From Methanothrix sp. (GTDB lineage Archaea > Halobacteriota > Methanosarcinia > Methanotrichales > Methanotrichaceae), in contig JAXGJB010000006.1 in the NCBI GenBank assembly GCA_040770465.1, positions 32,822 to 96,821 of the forward strand: DNA of 64,000 nucleotides, written 5' to 3'. Under the pieces are notes generated by a model. The model did no database searches and was not told the origin of the DNA. It saw nothing but the letters and a program-made list of their open reading frames with translations. The translations under genes were made by a program, and so were the position numbers. Shown in pieces: positions 38,568 to 48,559 of the stretch; positions within the stretch are counted from its first letter, which is position 1, and every line of letters starts with the position of its first letter.

Positions 38568-40889
38568 TTGAAAATAATCGGTCTTAACGACCAGGAGGTC
38601 GAGGCCTCGCTTCGAAGCGCCGGCCTGGGCCTATCGGTTTCTGAGGCGCGCTCCATCGCCGAGGTTCTGGGAAGAGACCCCACCATCCCGGAGCTATTCA
38701 ATTACGATACCATGTGGAGCGAACACTGCTCTTACAAGAGCAGCCGCGCCACCCTGAACGAGTTTCTCTGTACATCCGGCCCCAACGTCGTCCAGGGGCC
38801 GGAAGAGGACGCCGGGATCGTGGCCATCGACGACGAGTGGTGCGTCGTCATCGCCCACGAGAGCCACAACCACCCGAGCCAGATCTTGCCCAACGAAGGC
38901 GCTGCCACCGGGATCGGCGGGATAGTAAGAGACGTCAACTGCATGGGAGCGAAGGTCGTCGCCACCGCCGACCCCCTCCGGTTCGGCGACCCCTTCGGCG
39001 ACGACAAAAACCACGTCCGCTGGGTCGCTGAGGGCGTCGTCGACGGGATCTGGCAGTACGGAAACGCCCTCGGCGTCCCGATCATCGGAGGAGACGTCGT
39101 CTTCGACGACAGCTTCGATACCAACTGTCTTGTGAACGTCGTCGCCATCGGGGTTGTGAAACGGGGCGAGATCATCAAGAGCCGGGCCCCCGCTGGGGCG
39201 GGAGAGAAAGGCTACGACGTCATCGTCGTCGGAAAGCCCACCGACTCCAGCGGCTTTGGCGGGGTCACCTTCGCCTCCGAGGAGCTGCGGGAGGAGGACG
39301 AGGAGGCGAACCGGGGAGCGATCCAGATCCCCGACCCCTTCCTCAAGAACGTCCTCTTCAAGGCGAACGAGGCCCTCTTCAAACTGACCCGCGAGGAGGG
39401 GATCACCATCGGGTTCAAGGATCTGGGGGGCGGCGGGTTCACCTGCGCCTCCTCGGAGATGGGAGCGAGCGCAGGATACGGGATGGACCTGGACCTGGAC
39501 AGGCTCCACAAGGCGAGCGAGGACCTCCCCCCAGAGGTCGTCGCCTGCGCCGAGACCCAGGAGCGGTTCATGCTCATCTGCCCCCCGGAGCTGACCCCGA
39601 CGGTCCTCAAGATCTACAACGAGGACTGGGACCTTCCCAACGTCTACGAGGGGGCGCGGGCTTCGGTCGTCGGAAAGGTGACGACGAACGGAAGGTACAT
39701 CACCCGCTATAGGGGGATGGTGACCTGCGACGTCTCCATCGAGCATCTGACAAAGGGGATCCGCTACGCTCGGGAGGAGAGGCCCCGGAAGATCAGCCTC
39801 TACGAGCCGGTCACCGCCCCACCTGAGAACCTCACCGACTCCCTCCTCAAAGTGCTGGCATCGCCGAACGTCTCCTCAAGAGAGCACATCTATCGGTACT
39901 ACGACACCGAGGTCCAGGGCAACTCGGTGATCAGGCCCGGCGAGGCCGACGCGGGCCTCATAGCCCCCGTCCGGGGAGAGTGCTTCGGCATAGCATTATC
40001 GGTGGACGCAAACCCCTTCTACGGCAGGATCAGCCCCTACTGGGCGGGGGCGACGGCCGTCGCCGAGGCGATGAGAAACGTCGCCGCCATCGGCGCGTAT
40101 CCCGCCACCCTCACCGACTGCCTCAACTTCGGAAACCCCGAGAAGCCCGAGGCGTTCTGGGAGTTTCGGGAGTGCGTCCGGGGGCTGGCGGACGCCGCGA
40201 AAGCCCTCTGGCTGAAGGGGTATGAGAACACACCCGTCCCCATCGTCTCCGGGAACGTCAGCTTCTACAACGAGTCTCCAGACGGGACGGTGGACCCCTC
40301 CCCGATCATCGCCTGCGTCGGCCTCATCGACGACGTCAGGGATGCGGTGACGATGGACCTCAAAAAGGCGGGCGACTCCATCTACCTCATAGGCCCCCGC
40401 TTCGACGAGCTGGGAGGGTCCGAGTACTACAGGACCGTTTACGGAGCCACCGGCGCCAACGTGCCAATTGTCAGGTTCGATCTGGAGAGGAGCATGATCT
40501 ACGCCGTCATCGACTCGATCGCCCAAAAGATCGTCGTCTCAGCCCACGACATATCCAACGGAGGGCTCGCGGCGACCGCCGCCGAGATGGCCCTCGCCGG
40601 CGAGACCGGACGTGGGATGAACCTGGACCTGAACTCGGCGGGGTCAGATTTGAGCGCCGATCGATTGGTCTTCAGCGAGTCGTCGGGCTTCCTCCTGGAG
40701 TGCGAAGATGGGGCCGAGGAGGAGCTTGAGACGCTTCTGAAAGGACGCGGGCTTGACGTCATGAAGCTCGGGAAGGTGACCGAATCGCCGGAGCTGGTCA
40801 TGACCCACCGGGGGAAGACCGTGGTCAGGATGGACCTCTCGGCGGCGAAGAAGGCCTGGACCGGAGGGCTTGTGGAGGCGATGAGATGA
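38568..40889 (+). CDS. purL: Phosphoribosylformylglycinamidine synthase subunit PurL
   Basis: WSEHCSYKSS, ESHNHPS, ETQERF, DCLNFGNPE, SGNVSFYNE. Confidence 0.96.
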   Translation: MKIIGLNDQEVEASLRSAGLGLSVSEARSIAEVLGRDPTIPELFNYDTMWSEHCSYKSSRATLNEFLCTSGPNVVQGPEEDAGIVAIDDEWCVVIAHESHNHPSQILPNEGAATGIGGIVRDVNCMGAKVVATADPLRFGDPFGDDKNHVRWVAEGVVDGIWQYGNALGVPIIGGDVVFDDSFDTNCLVNVVAIGVVKRGEIIKSRAPAGAGEKGYDVIVVGKPTDSSGFGGVTFASEELREEDEEANRGAIQIPDPFLKNVLFKANEALFKLTREEGITIGFKDLGGGGFTCASSEMGASAGYGMDLDLDRLHKASEDLPPEVVACAETQERFMLICPPELTPTVLKIYNEDWDLPNVYEGARASVVGKVTTNGRYITRYRGMVTCDVSIEHLTKGIRYAREERPRKISLYEPVTAPPENLTDSLLKVLASPNVSSREHIYRYYDTEVQGNSVIRPGEADAGLIAPVRGECFGIALSVDANPFYGRISPYWAGATAVAEAMRNVAAIGAYPATLTDCLNFGNPEKPEAFWEFRECVRGLADAAKALWLKGYENTPVPIVSGNVSFYNESPDGTVDPSPIIACVGLIDDVRDAVTMDLKKAGDSIYLIGPRFDELGGSEYYRTVYGATGANVPIVRFDLERSMIYAVIDSIAQKIVVSAHDISNGGLAATAAEMALAGETGRGMNLDLNSAGSDLSADRLVFSESSGFLLECEDGAEEELETLLKGRGLDVMKLGKVTESPELVMTHRGKTVVRMDLSAAKKAWTGGLVEAMR

Positions 40890-41686
40890 AGATAGCTGTA
40901 GTCCAGTTCCCGGGAACAAACTGCGAGCATGAGACCCTGGTGGCAGCTCAAAGCGCAGGCCTCTCAGGCGAGATCTTTAGGTGGAACAGGCCCGCTGAGG
41001 AGCTCTCAGGCTTCGACGGGTACGTAATCCCCGGCGGCTTCTCCTACCAGGACAGGCTCCGGGCCGGGGCCATAGCATCGAAGGAGCCGGTGATGGAGGC
41101 TCTCCGGGAGGAGGCGGATCGGGGCAAGCCGATCATCGGGATCTGCAACGGTTTTCAGATCCTGGTCGAGTCGGGGCTTCTTCCGGGGCTCGGGGGTGTT
41201 GATGTCGCCCTCGCCTCGAACGTGATGGTCTCAAAGGGCGAGATCGTGAGGCGTGGATTTTACTGCGCCTGGACGACGCTCCGGCACGAGGCGCCGCGGG
41301 AGAGGTGCAGCGGAAGCTTCCTTTTGAAGAAAGGCGATCTCGTCCGGATGCCCCTCGCCCACGCCGAGGGAAACCTGGTCACCGCCGACGAGAAGCTGAT
41401 GGAGAAGCTGAACGAGGAGGGTCAGGTGGTCTTCCGGTACTGCAGCGAGACTGGCGAGGTCGACGACGAGTTTCCGGTGAACATAAACGGGAGCCGCGAG
41501 AACATCGCCGGGATCTGCAACCCCGAAGGGAACGTTCTGGGGATGATGCCTCACCCCGAGAGGTCGTCGTTCGCCTGGCAGCTTCCCCCGACGGATTCGG
41601 GGAAGGGCGCCGGGGATATGAACGCTCCGGGGCCGGGTAGGATGATATTCGAGTCGATGAAGCGGTACATCGAGGTGAGGAGATGA
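40886..41686 (+). CDS. purQ: FGAM synthase glutaminase subunit PurQ
   Basis: FPGTNCE, PGGFSY, GICNGFQIL, MMPHPER. Confidence 0.96.
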   Translation: MKIAVVQFPGTNCEHETLVAAQSAGLSGEIFRWNRPAEELSGFDGYVIPGGFSYQDRLRAGAIASKEPVMEALREEADRGKPIIGICNGFQILVESGLLPGLGGVDVALASNVMVSKGEIVRRGFYCAWTTLRHEAPRERCSGSFLLKKGDLVRMPLAHAEGNLVTADEKLMEKLNEEGQVVFRYCSETGEVDDEFPVNINGSRENIAGICNPEGNVLGMMPHPERSSFAWQLPPTDSGKGAGDMNAPGPGRMIFESMKRYIEVRR

Positions 41687-42156
41687 AGATCTATCTTCGG
41701 GTCTGGCTGAAGATACCGGATGCAGAGGCTGCCACCGTCAAAAACACCCTCCGCCGGAGGATGGGCTACGATGCGGTCCTCTCGGACCTCGGCAAAGAGA
41801 GGCTCTGGTCGATCGAGGTCGACGACTCGGTCCAAGACCCCCAAGAGCTTGCGAGGAGGCTTGCTCGAGAGCTGGTGAACGAGAACAAGGAGAGCTATAA
41901 AGCATCCGTCGACTCGGTCGATTTCGAGAAAGGTTACGTTCCCGTCAGGGTGGGGCTTTCCATCGAGGACGGCGAGGCCGTCTCCACTCTGAACCGGCTC
42001 CGAAACCGGCTAGGCTTTGATATGGTCCGAGGGGTCGAGAGGTCCGTCGTCTGGAAGCTGGCCCTCAGCTCCGAGAAGCCGGAGAAGACGGCGGAGGAGA
42101 TCGCCGAGAGGCTCCTGATAAACCCTCACAAGGACTTTTATGAGATTGTGACCTGA
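41683..42156 (+). CDS. purS: PurS, tandem two-domain form
   Basis: Two PurS-like halves ending LVNENKESY and LLINPHKDFY; follows purQ. Confidence 0.8.
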   Translation: MKIYLRVWLKIPDAEAATVKNTLRRRMGYDAVLSDLGKERLWSIEVDDSVQDPQELARRLARELVNENKESYKASVDSVDFEKGYVPVRVGLSIEDGEAVSTLNRLRNRLGFDMVRGVERSVVWKLALSSEKPEKTAEEIAERLLINPHKDFYEIVT

Positions 42157-42163
42157 AGGGAGG

Positions 42164-44506
42164 GTGATGACCTCCTACATCCAGCACCCTCTGCTGAAGG
42201 AGAAGGCCGTGGAGCGGCGGATGTTTCAGCTGGAGCTGGCATCCACCGCCCTCCAAGCCTCAACCTTGGTGGTGCTGCCGACGGGCCTGGGAAAGACGGT
42301 CGTCGCTCTGATGGTCCTCATCGCCCGCCTCCCCCGGGGCAAGGTCCTCTTTTTGGCGCCGACAAGGCCTCTGGTGGAGCAGCACGCCTCGTTTCTGGAG
42401 AATGTCCTCGCCGACAGCTCCATCGTCGCCTCCTTCACCGGCGAGATATCCCCTGAACGGAGGAGGGAGATGTGGGAGGAGGCGAGGATCGTCGTATCGA
42501 CCCCGCAGGTCGTCGAAAACGACCTATTATCCCGAAGGATATCGCTCCGGGACGTCTCCTGCATCATCTTCGACGAGGCTCATCGGGCCGTCGGAAATTA
42601 CGCCTACGTCTACATAGCCGAGAGGTACGAGCGGGAGGGGGGCGACCGGCTCGTCCTGGGGATCACCGCAAGCCCCGGGAGCAGCCTTGAGCGGATCGAG
42701 GAGGTCTGCGGAAACATCGGCGCGACGAGGATCGAGACGAAGACCGAGGCGGACCCCGACGTATCTCCCTTCGTCCACGAGAGGGAGATCGAGATCGTCA
42801 AGGTGGCGGTCCCTTCGGAGATCCTCAGGATCCGGTCCCTCCTGGAGGAGGTCCTGGAGGAGCGGGGCGAGGCCCTCGACCATCTGGGCGAGCTGGAGGG
42901 GTTCCGGACGCCAAAGAAGATGGACAGGACCTCGAAGAAGGAGCTACTCGAGCTTCAGAAGAGGCTGCGGGGCTCGATCGCAAGAAACCCCTCGCCGAGC
43001 CTCTACCAGGCGGTCTCGGTCCTGGCGGAGGTCTTGAAGCTGAAGCACGCCGTGGAGCTGGCCGAGACTCAGGGGGTCGACTCCCTGGCGAGGTATCTGG
43101 AGCGGCTCGATACTGAGGCAGAGTCCAAGGGCGGGAGCAAGGCCGCTAAAAGGATCATGGATGACCCGAGGGTGAGGGAGGCGGAAAGCGACCTCGCACG
43201 GATGGACGTCGACCATCCGAAGCTTCGGGCGGTCTTGGAGCTGGTGGAGGAGCAGCTCCGGGCCAAGGCCGACTCGAGGATCATGGTATTCACCAACTAT
43301 CGGGACACCGCCAGCTCCGTCCTCGACTTCCTCAAGGATTCGGGAGACGAGATCATAAGGCCCGTCCGGTTCGTCGGCCAGTCAAGCCGGGTCTCCGACG
43401 AGGGGCTGAGCCAGAAGAAGCAGGCCGAGATCCTCCAGAAGTTCCGGGACGGCGAGTTCAACGTTCTGATCGCAACCTCGGTCGGCGAGGAGGGGATCGA
43501 CATCCCGGCGACGGACATGGTCCTATTCTACGAGCCGGTCCCAAGCGAGATCCGGTCGATCCAGAGGAAGGGGAGGACGGGCCGGGCGAGGGCTGGCCGG
43601 GTCGTCGTCCTCGTCGCCAGGGGGACGAGGGACGAGGCGTACCGCTGGATAAGCGACAGGAAAGAGAAGAGCATGCGCCAGCAGATCCGGGAGATGAGCT
43701 GGCCGGACCGGCGGGATATGGGATCGGCGGCCAGCGCCGCCGCCAGAGGCGCAAGGCAGCTGGAGATCGGCGAGGTCGGCGATGCCGAGGCGGCGGGCCA
43801 GGCGGCGGCAAATGAGCCGCCGTCCCTCCTCCCTTCCCGCCTCGATCGGCCCGAGGAGGACGAGGCCTCCGCCCTCGTCGCCGTCGACCCGAGGGAGAGG
43901 AGTCTCGCAAGGATGCTGGAGTCGATGGGGGTGGGCGTCACCCTCAAAGTTCTGGAGGTCGGCGACTACGTCGTCAGCGACCGGGTCGCCATCGAGAGGA
44001 AGACCGCCAACGACTTCATCGACTCCCTCATCGACCCCGCCCGCGGCCTCTTCGGCCAGATCCGGGACCTGGCCCGGACCTACGATAGGCCGATCCTAAT
44101 CCTGGAAGGAAGAGACCTCTACACGAGGCAGGTCCACCCCAACGCCATCCGGGGGGCTCTCGCCTCCATCGCCGTCGACTTCGGCGTCGCCATCATCCCC
44201 ACCGCCGACGAGGAGGAGACGGTCTCGGTGATCGCGGCGATCGCGCGGCGCGAGCAGCAGGCTCGGGGCGGAAGCCCCCAGGCCCACGGCAAGAAGACCC
44301 ACCGGACCCTCAAAGAGCAGCAGGAATACCTCGTCTCCTCGATCCCCGGCGTCGGGAACGCCGTGGCGAAGAACCTCCTCCGCCACTTCGGGTCCGTGGA
44401 GAGGGTTTTTGCGGCCTCGGCGGAGGAGCTGAAGGAGGTGGAGCTGGTGGGGCCGAAGACCGCGGAGAAAATCAGGGAGCTGGTGGGCGGGGAGTACAAG
44501 GGGTGA
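42164..44506 (+). CDS. hef: Hef helicase/nuclease (FANCM-like SF2 + ERCC4 + HhH)
   Basis: PTGLGKT, DEAH, QRKGRTGR, GDYVVS...ERK, IPGVG/VGPK HhH. Confidence 0.94.
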   Translation: MMTSYIQHPLLKEKAVERRMFQLELASTALQASTLVVLPTGLGKTVVALMVLIARLPRGKVLFLAPTRPLVEQHASFLENVLADSSIVASFTGEISPERRREMWEEARIVVSTPQVVENDLLSRRISLRDVSCIIFDEAHRAVGNYAYVYIAERYEREGGDRLVLGITASPGSSLERIEEVCGNIGATRIETKTEADPDVSPFVHEREIEIVKVAVPSEILRIRSLLEEVLEERGEALDHLGELEGFRTPKKMDRTSKKELLELQKRLRGSIARNPSPSLYQAVSVLAEVLKLKHAVELAETQGVDSLARYLERLDTEAESKGGSKAAKRIMDDPRVREAESDLARMDVDHPKLRAVLELVEEQLRAKADSRIMVFTNYRDTASSVLDFLKDSGDEIIRPVRFVGQSSRVSDEGLSQKKQAEILQKFRDGEFNVLIATSVGEEGIDIPATDMVLFYEPVPSEIRSIQRKGRTGRARAGRVVVLVARGTRDEAYRWISDRKEKSMRQQIREMSWPDRRDMGSAASAAARGARQLEIGEVGDAEAAGQAAANEPPSLLPSRLDRPEEDEASALVAVDPRERSLARMLESMGVGVTLKVLEVGDYVVSDRVAIERKTANDFIDSLIDPARGLFGQIRDLARTYDRPILILEGRDLYTRQVHPNAIRGALASIAVDFGVAIIPTADEEETVSVIAAIARREQQARGGSPQAHGKKTHRTLKEQQEYLVSSIPGVGNAVAKNLLRHFGSVERVFAASAEELKEVELVGPKTAEKIRELVGGEYKG

Positions 44507-44600
44507 GGGGGTTGTTTGCTGATTGTAACCAATTTGTTTAAGAGATGCAAATATGTTTCTGGCATCAGGTGAGAGTTTTTTTTTCCTAAAATTGAACCAA

Positions 44601-46244
44601 TTAAGTTAAATAATCTAAATTAAAATCTTGACAATAAAGATAGCCGCTTTTCGCATTTTTCTTTAAGTCAGACCTATATATTTCTATAGCTCGCCTTTTA
44701 TCAATCGCACCATTATGAAGTGCCAAACTTAAATCCAGCATGAATAATGGGCCTTGTGATCCCTCATCCTTATAGTATTTTTTCAATCTTGTTCTCCCTT
44801 TATCATGGACACATCCCTGTAACAAAAGATTATTAAATTGCTCAAATTGTGAATAGTTTATTGTAAAGTACACATTTGCAGGAAGAGGTTTCGCTTTTTC
44901 TTTGTTTTCAGTCTCAGTCTTTTTATTGCGTTTACTGACTCTCTGCGAGATATCATCAATTATTTTAAAATCTATTGATGTTAATTTGTTTCGTGATAGA
45001 ATTTGACTAGCTACTAATACCTGGATGGCGCTTTCTATATCCTTCTGTGATATCTTCTCTATGTTTGTTTCTGAAGATGATCTTTGGCACAAACTACTGT
45101 ATCCTTGATTCAATATCTCTAAATATCGTCTAGGAATACCATTTGCAGCATATGTTGCTAGGACAAAAGCACCCTCATTTTCAAATATCTCGTTTATAGG
45201 TTCTGATACAGATCTACCAAAAACAAGTTCCAATCTTTTTCTAGTCAATTCACGGAAAAATGTTTCATATTCATCTGATAACTCATCTAGTTGTAAATAT
45301 TCTACACTAGCATCATGACCTGGATCAAAATTAAATGTATTGCCTTTTATTTTGGAAGGATAATTCGTTGAATAAGGTGGATAAACTGAAGCACAAAAAT
45401 AAGCATAATTCTCTTCCATATTTGATGTTAAAGCGCCTCTAATAAGTTTTAAAAGACGGAATATTTCTACTTGAGCTTCATCTGACGTTTCGGAACATTC
45501 ATCGAGCAAAAGAATTACATGCTTATAGCATAACAATTCTCGAAGTTGCTTAAAAAATTCAATTATAAATTTAGCAGCGTAATCATATGATAAATTTTTC
45601 CCTATTGATTTTACATCTCTTTCTTCAAAAAACCCAGATAATTCATCGATTTTAATTTGCGTCGGTTGGACTTTAAGTCCAGCTGAGACTTGCTCCTTCT
45701 CCTCTACCTTTTTAATTTCTAGAATTTGTTCTGGGTTATAAGTTAATCTCCTAAGTAAAGCCTCGTTTAGATTTTTTATATCATTTAGTGTATAATCTAA
45801 ATCATGATCTGCTTTAATACCAAACATAGATTTAAGTTTATCAATTTTTCCAATAGGAACATCCTTTTTGTATCTTATTTTATCCTTATTTGTTTCTATT
45901 GTCGAGATCGTTTTGGAAACCATACTTGCATATAATTGGATACGAAAAATCTGAATATTTTTTTCTGACCAGTCTGAGGTTTCTGCCCATTCTGAAACCT
46001 CCGCTAAAGAGATATATACAGGTAAAATTCTATTTTCAGGGTACGTCTCAATACATCGTGACGCTATCATCTTTAAAATATGCGTTTTTCCTGTACCTCT
46101 TATCCCCTCCACTAAAAGATTTTGTCCATTCCCTGAAATAAATGCATCAATATCAAAACCAGGATTTATATGAGTCGCAGGAAAGAAACCTCCTGCTTGT
46201 GCATCTTGACTGAAAAATGTATGATCCAATTTAATCGCAGCCAT
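44601..46244 (-). CDS. AT-rich P-loop ATPase (AAA+/STAND- or Orc1/Cdc6-like), probably horizontally acquired
   Basis: Walker A GIRGTGKT, Walker B ILLLDE, GIPR motif; abrupt drop in GC. Confidence 0.75.
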   Translation of the reverse strand: MAAIKLDHTFFSQDAQAGGFFPATHINPGFDIDAFISGNGQNLLVEGIRGTGKTHILKMIASRCIETYPENRILPVYISLAEVSEWAETSDWSEKNIQIFRIQLYASMVSKTISTIETNKDKIRYKKDVPIGKIDKLKSMFGIKADHDLDYTLNDIKNLNEALLRRLTYNPEQILEIKKVEEKEQVSAGLKVQPTQIKIDELSGFFEERDVKSIGKNLSYDYAAKFIIEFFKQLRELLCYKHVILLLDECSETSDEAQVEIFRLLKLIRGALTSNMEENYAYFCASVYPPYSTNYPSKIKGNTFNFDPGHDASVEYLQLDELSDEYETFFRELTRKRLELVFGRSVSEPINEIFENEGAFVLATYAANGIPRRYLEILNQGYSSLCQRSSSETNIEKISQKDIESAIQVLVASQILSRNKLTSIDFKIIDDISQRVSKRNKKTETENKEKAKPLPANVYFTINYSQFEQFNNLLLQGCVHDKGRTRLKKYYKDEGSQGPLFMLDLSLALHNGAIDKRRAIEIYRSDLKKNAKSGYLYCQDFNLDYLT

Positions 46245-46340
46245 AACAATGTGAACTCTACCGAGGAATATTTAAATTTTGCGACGTATTAACTCAAAAT
46301 ATATGGATTTAATGAAATCAATATCCAATTGCGCGGATAG

Positions 46341-46559
46341 TTCCTCTACAGCGAGGAGGACGAGGGCCGCATCCCGTTCGTTCCCGAGCTCCCCGGCCTC
46401 TCCGCCTTCGGCGAGACCGAAGAGGAGGCCCTGAACGAAGTGTTGATCGCCATCCAGCTCTGGCTGGAAACGGCGGAGAAGGAAGGGCGAGAGATTCCTT
46501 CGCCCCGAGGAAAAGCCCTCCTCGCCGAGCTGGCCGAGAGCCAGACGGCGGGCGTCTGA
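46341..46559 (+). pseudogene. hicB: 5'-disrupted HicB-like antitoxin
   Basis: FLYSEEDEG..FVPELPGLSAFGETEEEAL..IQLWLE..GREIP; in-frame TAG directly upstream, no start. Confidence 0.75.
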
Positions 46560-46756
46560 AGCAGCTGATAGAACATCGTAGTCTAAAACTGTCATAATCA
46601 AATGCAACCTTACCGTTGAGAGTTAGTCAATAATAGCAAAACTCGAAACTTTCCAAGCTCAAGGAAAGACGCTTTTCAGCCCAACTATTTTTTAGCCCCT
46701 CAGAACCCTGATATAAAATGCCCTCCGTCTTTATCTTCCAGCTGATGAGGTCCTGA

Positions 46757-47329
46757 ATGTTCGACTACGCCGAGAGGTACGGCCACCGTTTCGTAAAGCT
46801 CACAGACAGCCGGGCGACCGAGAAGGAGTTCGAGTTCGACCAGATGCTCCTCATGCCCACGGCCCGGGGATACCGGGCGCTGGTGGAGCTGGCGAAAGCC
46901 GAGATCGACCCTCGGGTGATGAGACGGCTCTCGAAGGTCTGGCCCCCCTCGACGATAGAGAACCTCTCCTTCTTCGCCATGGCCGCCGCGGTCTACGCCC
47001 GGTCCGTAGCCGACCCGCCCTATTCGATCGATGTCGGGAAGGTGCTGCTCAGGACCGCCGCCTTCTGCCGCCTCCGATGCTCCCGCCGGAAGGAGACGGG
47101 CGGAGGGTGCATGGCTGTTGCGGGGTCAAGCCGCCACCAGGTGCCAAAGTGCGTCAAGCTCCCTCGGGACATCGAGGCGGTCTGGCGGGACCTGAAGCGG
47201 TACATCGCCGCCGGGGCGGGGGAGCCTGGCAAGGCGGCGCCGGGTGGGGAGGCGATGGCGCGCGCCGACGAGGCGATGAGGATCGACTTCAAACTTCCCC
47301 TCGATTACTCGCCGGTCACCTCCTGCTGA
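46757..47329 (+). CDS. Hypothetical protein with four Cys (CxxxC...C...C)
   Basis: GAGG RBS, host-like codon usage; no family recognised. Confidence 0.65.
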   Translation: MFDYAERYGHRFVKLTDSRATEKEFEFDQMLLMPTARGYRALVELAKAEIDPRVMRRLSKVWPPSTIENLSFFAMAAAVYARSVADPPYSIDVGKVLLRTAAFCRLRCSRRKETGGGCMAVAGSSRHQVPKCVKLPRDIEAVWRDLKRYIAAGAGEPGKAAPGGEAMARADEAMRIDFKLPLDYSPVTSC

Positions 47330-47530
47330 AGCTTTGCGCCGCCAATCTTCGCCCTGACTGAGATTTCGAGGCGAGGGTCGCGAATCTTCCGGCGCGAAGA
47401 ATGGAATGGGAGTTGTTTTCCCTGGATTTCGGCCCGAAATCCGAAAAGGGACGGGATTCAGAATTCCGTTTCGAGAAGGCATTTATATCAAGTCATCACC
47501 AAAAGCCGCTGTCGTTCAAGGTGATTATCA

Positions 47531-48559
47531 ATGGCAAAAATAAGAGCAGGCGTTCTTGGAGCTACGGGTGCGGTAGGACAGCGTTTCATCGAACAGCTTT
47601 GGGACCATCCCTGGTTTGAGCTGACGAGCCTTGCAGCCTCCGAGAGGAGCGCAGGCAAGAAGTACAGCGATGCTGCCCGGTGGCGGCTGGAGCACGAGCT
47701 TCCGGCTGAGGTCGCTGAGATGGGAGTCGTCGCCGTCGACCCGAAGAAGGTCGAGGCGGACGTCGTCTTCTCGGCGCTCCCCGCCGACGAGGCGAAGAAG
47801 GTCGAGGCGGACTTCGCCAAGGCCGGGTTTGTCGTGGCCAGCAACGCCAGCGCGTACCGGTTCGACCCCGACGTCCCCCTGATGATCCCCGAGTGCAACC
47901 CCGAGCACCTCGGCCTCATCGACGTCCAGCAGAAGAAGCGGGGCTGGGACGGCTACATCGTCACAAACCCCAACTGCACCACCATCATGTTCGCCCTGAC
48001 TCTCAAAGCCCTGATGCCCATGGATATCCAGAGGGTGATCATCGCCTCGATGCAGGCGGTCAGCGGCGCCGGATACGAGGGCGTCCCCTCCATGGCGATT
48101 TTGGGGAATATAATTCCCTTCATCTCCGGCGAGGAGGAGAAGGTCGAGAAGGAGGCCCAGAAGATCCTGGGAACCTTCGACGGCGACAAGATCGTTGACG
48201 CCCCCTTCGCCGTCAGCGCCAGCTGCCACCGGGTCCCCGTCATGGACGGCCACACCGAGGCGCTCTGGGTTGAGATGGCGTCAAAGCCCACCCCAGCGGA
48301 TGTCAGAGAGGCCTTCCTCAAGTTCGATCCCGGCCTCTCCGACCTCCCAACAGAGCCTGAAAAGCCCCTCATCGTCCGGGACGAGCCGGACAGGCCCCAG
48401 CCGAGGCTCGACAGGAACGCCGGGAATGGGATGGCCGTCTCCGTCGGCAGGATCCGAGAGGGTATCCGCTACATCGTCATGGGCCACAACACCGTCCGGG
48501 GCGCCGCCGGTGCCAGCGTCCTGAACGCGGAGCTCCTCTCCAAGAAGGGTTTGCTCTAG
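47531..48559 (+). CDS. asd: Aspartate-semialdehyde dehydrogenase
   Basis: LGATGAVGQ, NPNCTT, QAVSGAG, GHNTVRGAAG. Confidence 0.96.
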   Translation: MAKIRAGVLGATGAVGQRFIEQLWDHPWFELTSLAASERSAGKKYSDAARWRLEHELPAEVAEMGVVAVDPKKVEADVVFSALPADEAKKVEADFAKAGFVVASNASAYRFDPDVPLMIPECNPEHLGLIDVQQKKRGWDGYIVTNPNCTTIMFALTLKALMPMDIQRVIIASMQAVSGAGYEGVPSMAILGNIIPFISGEEEKVEKEAQKILGTFDGDKIVDAPFAVSASCHRVPVMDGHTEALWVEMASKPTPADVREAFLKFDPGLSDLPTEPEKPLIVRDEPDRPQPRLDRNAGNGMAVSVGRIREGIRYIVMGHNTVRGAAGASVLNAELLSKKGLL

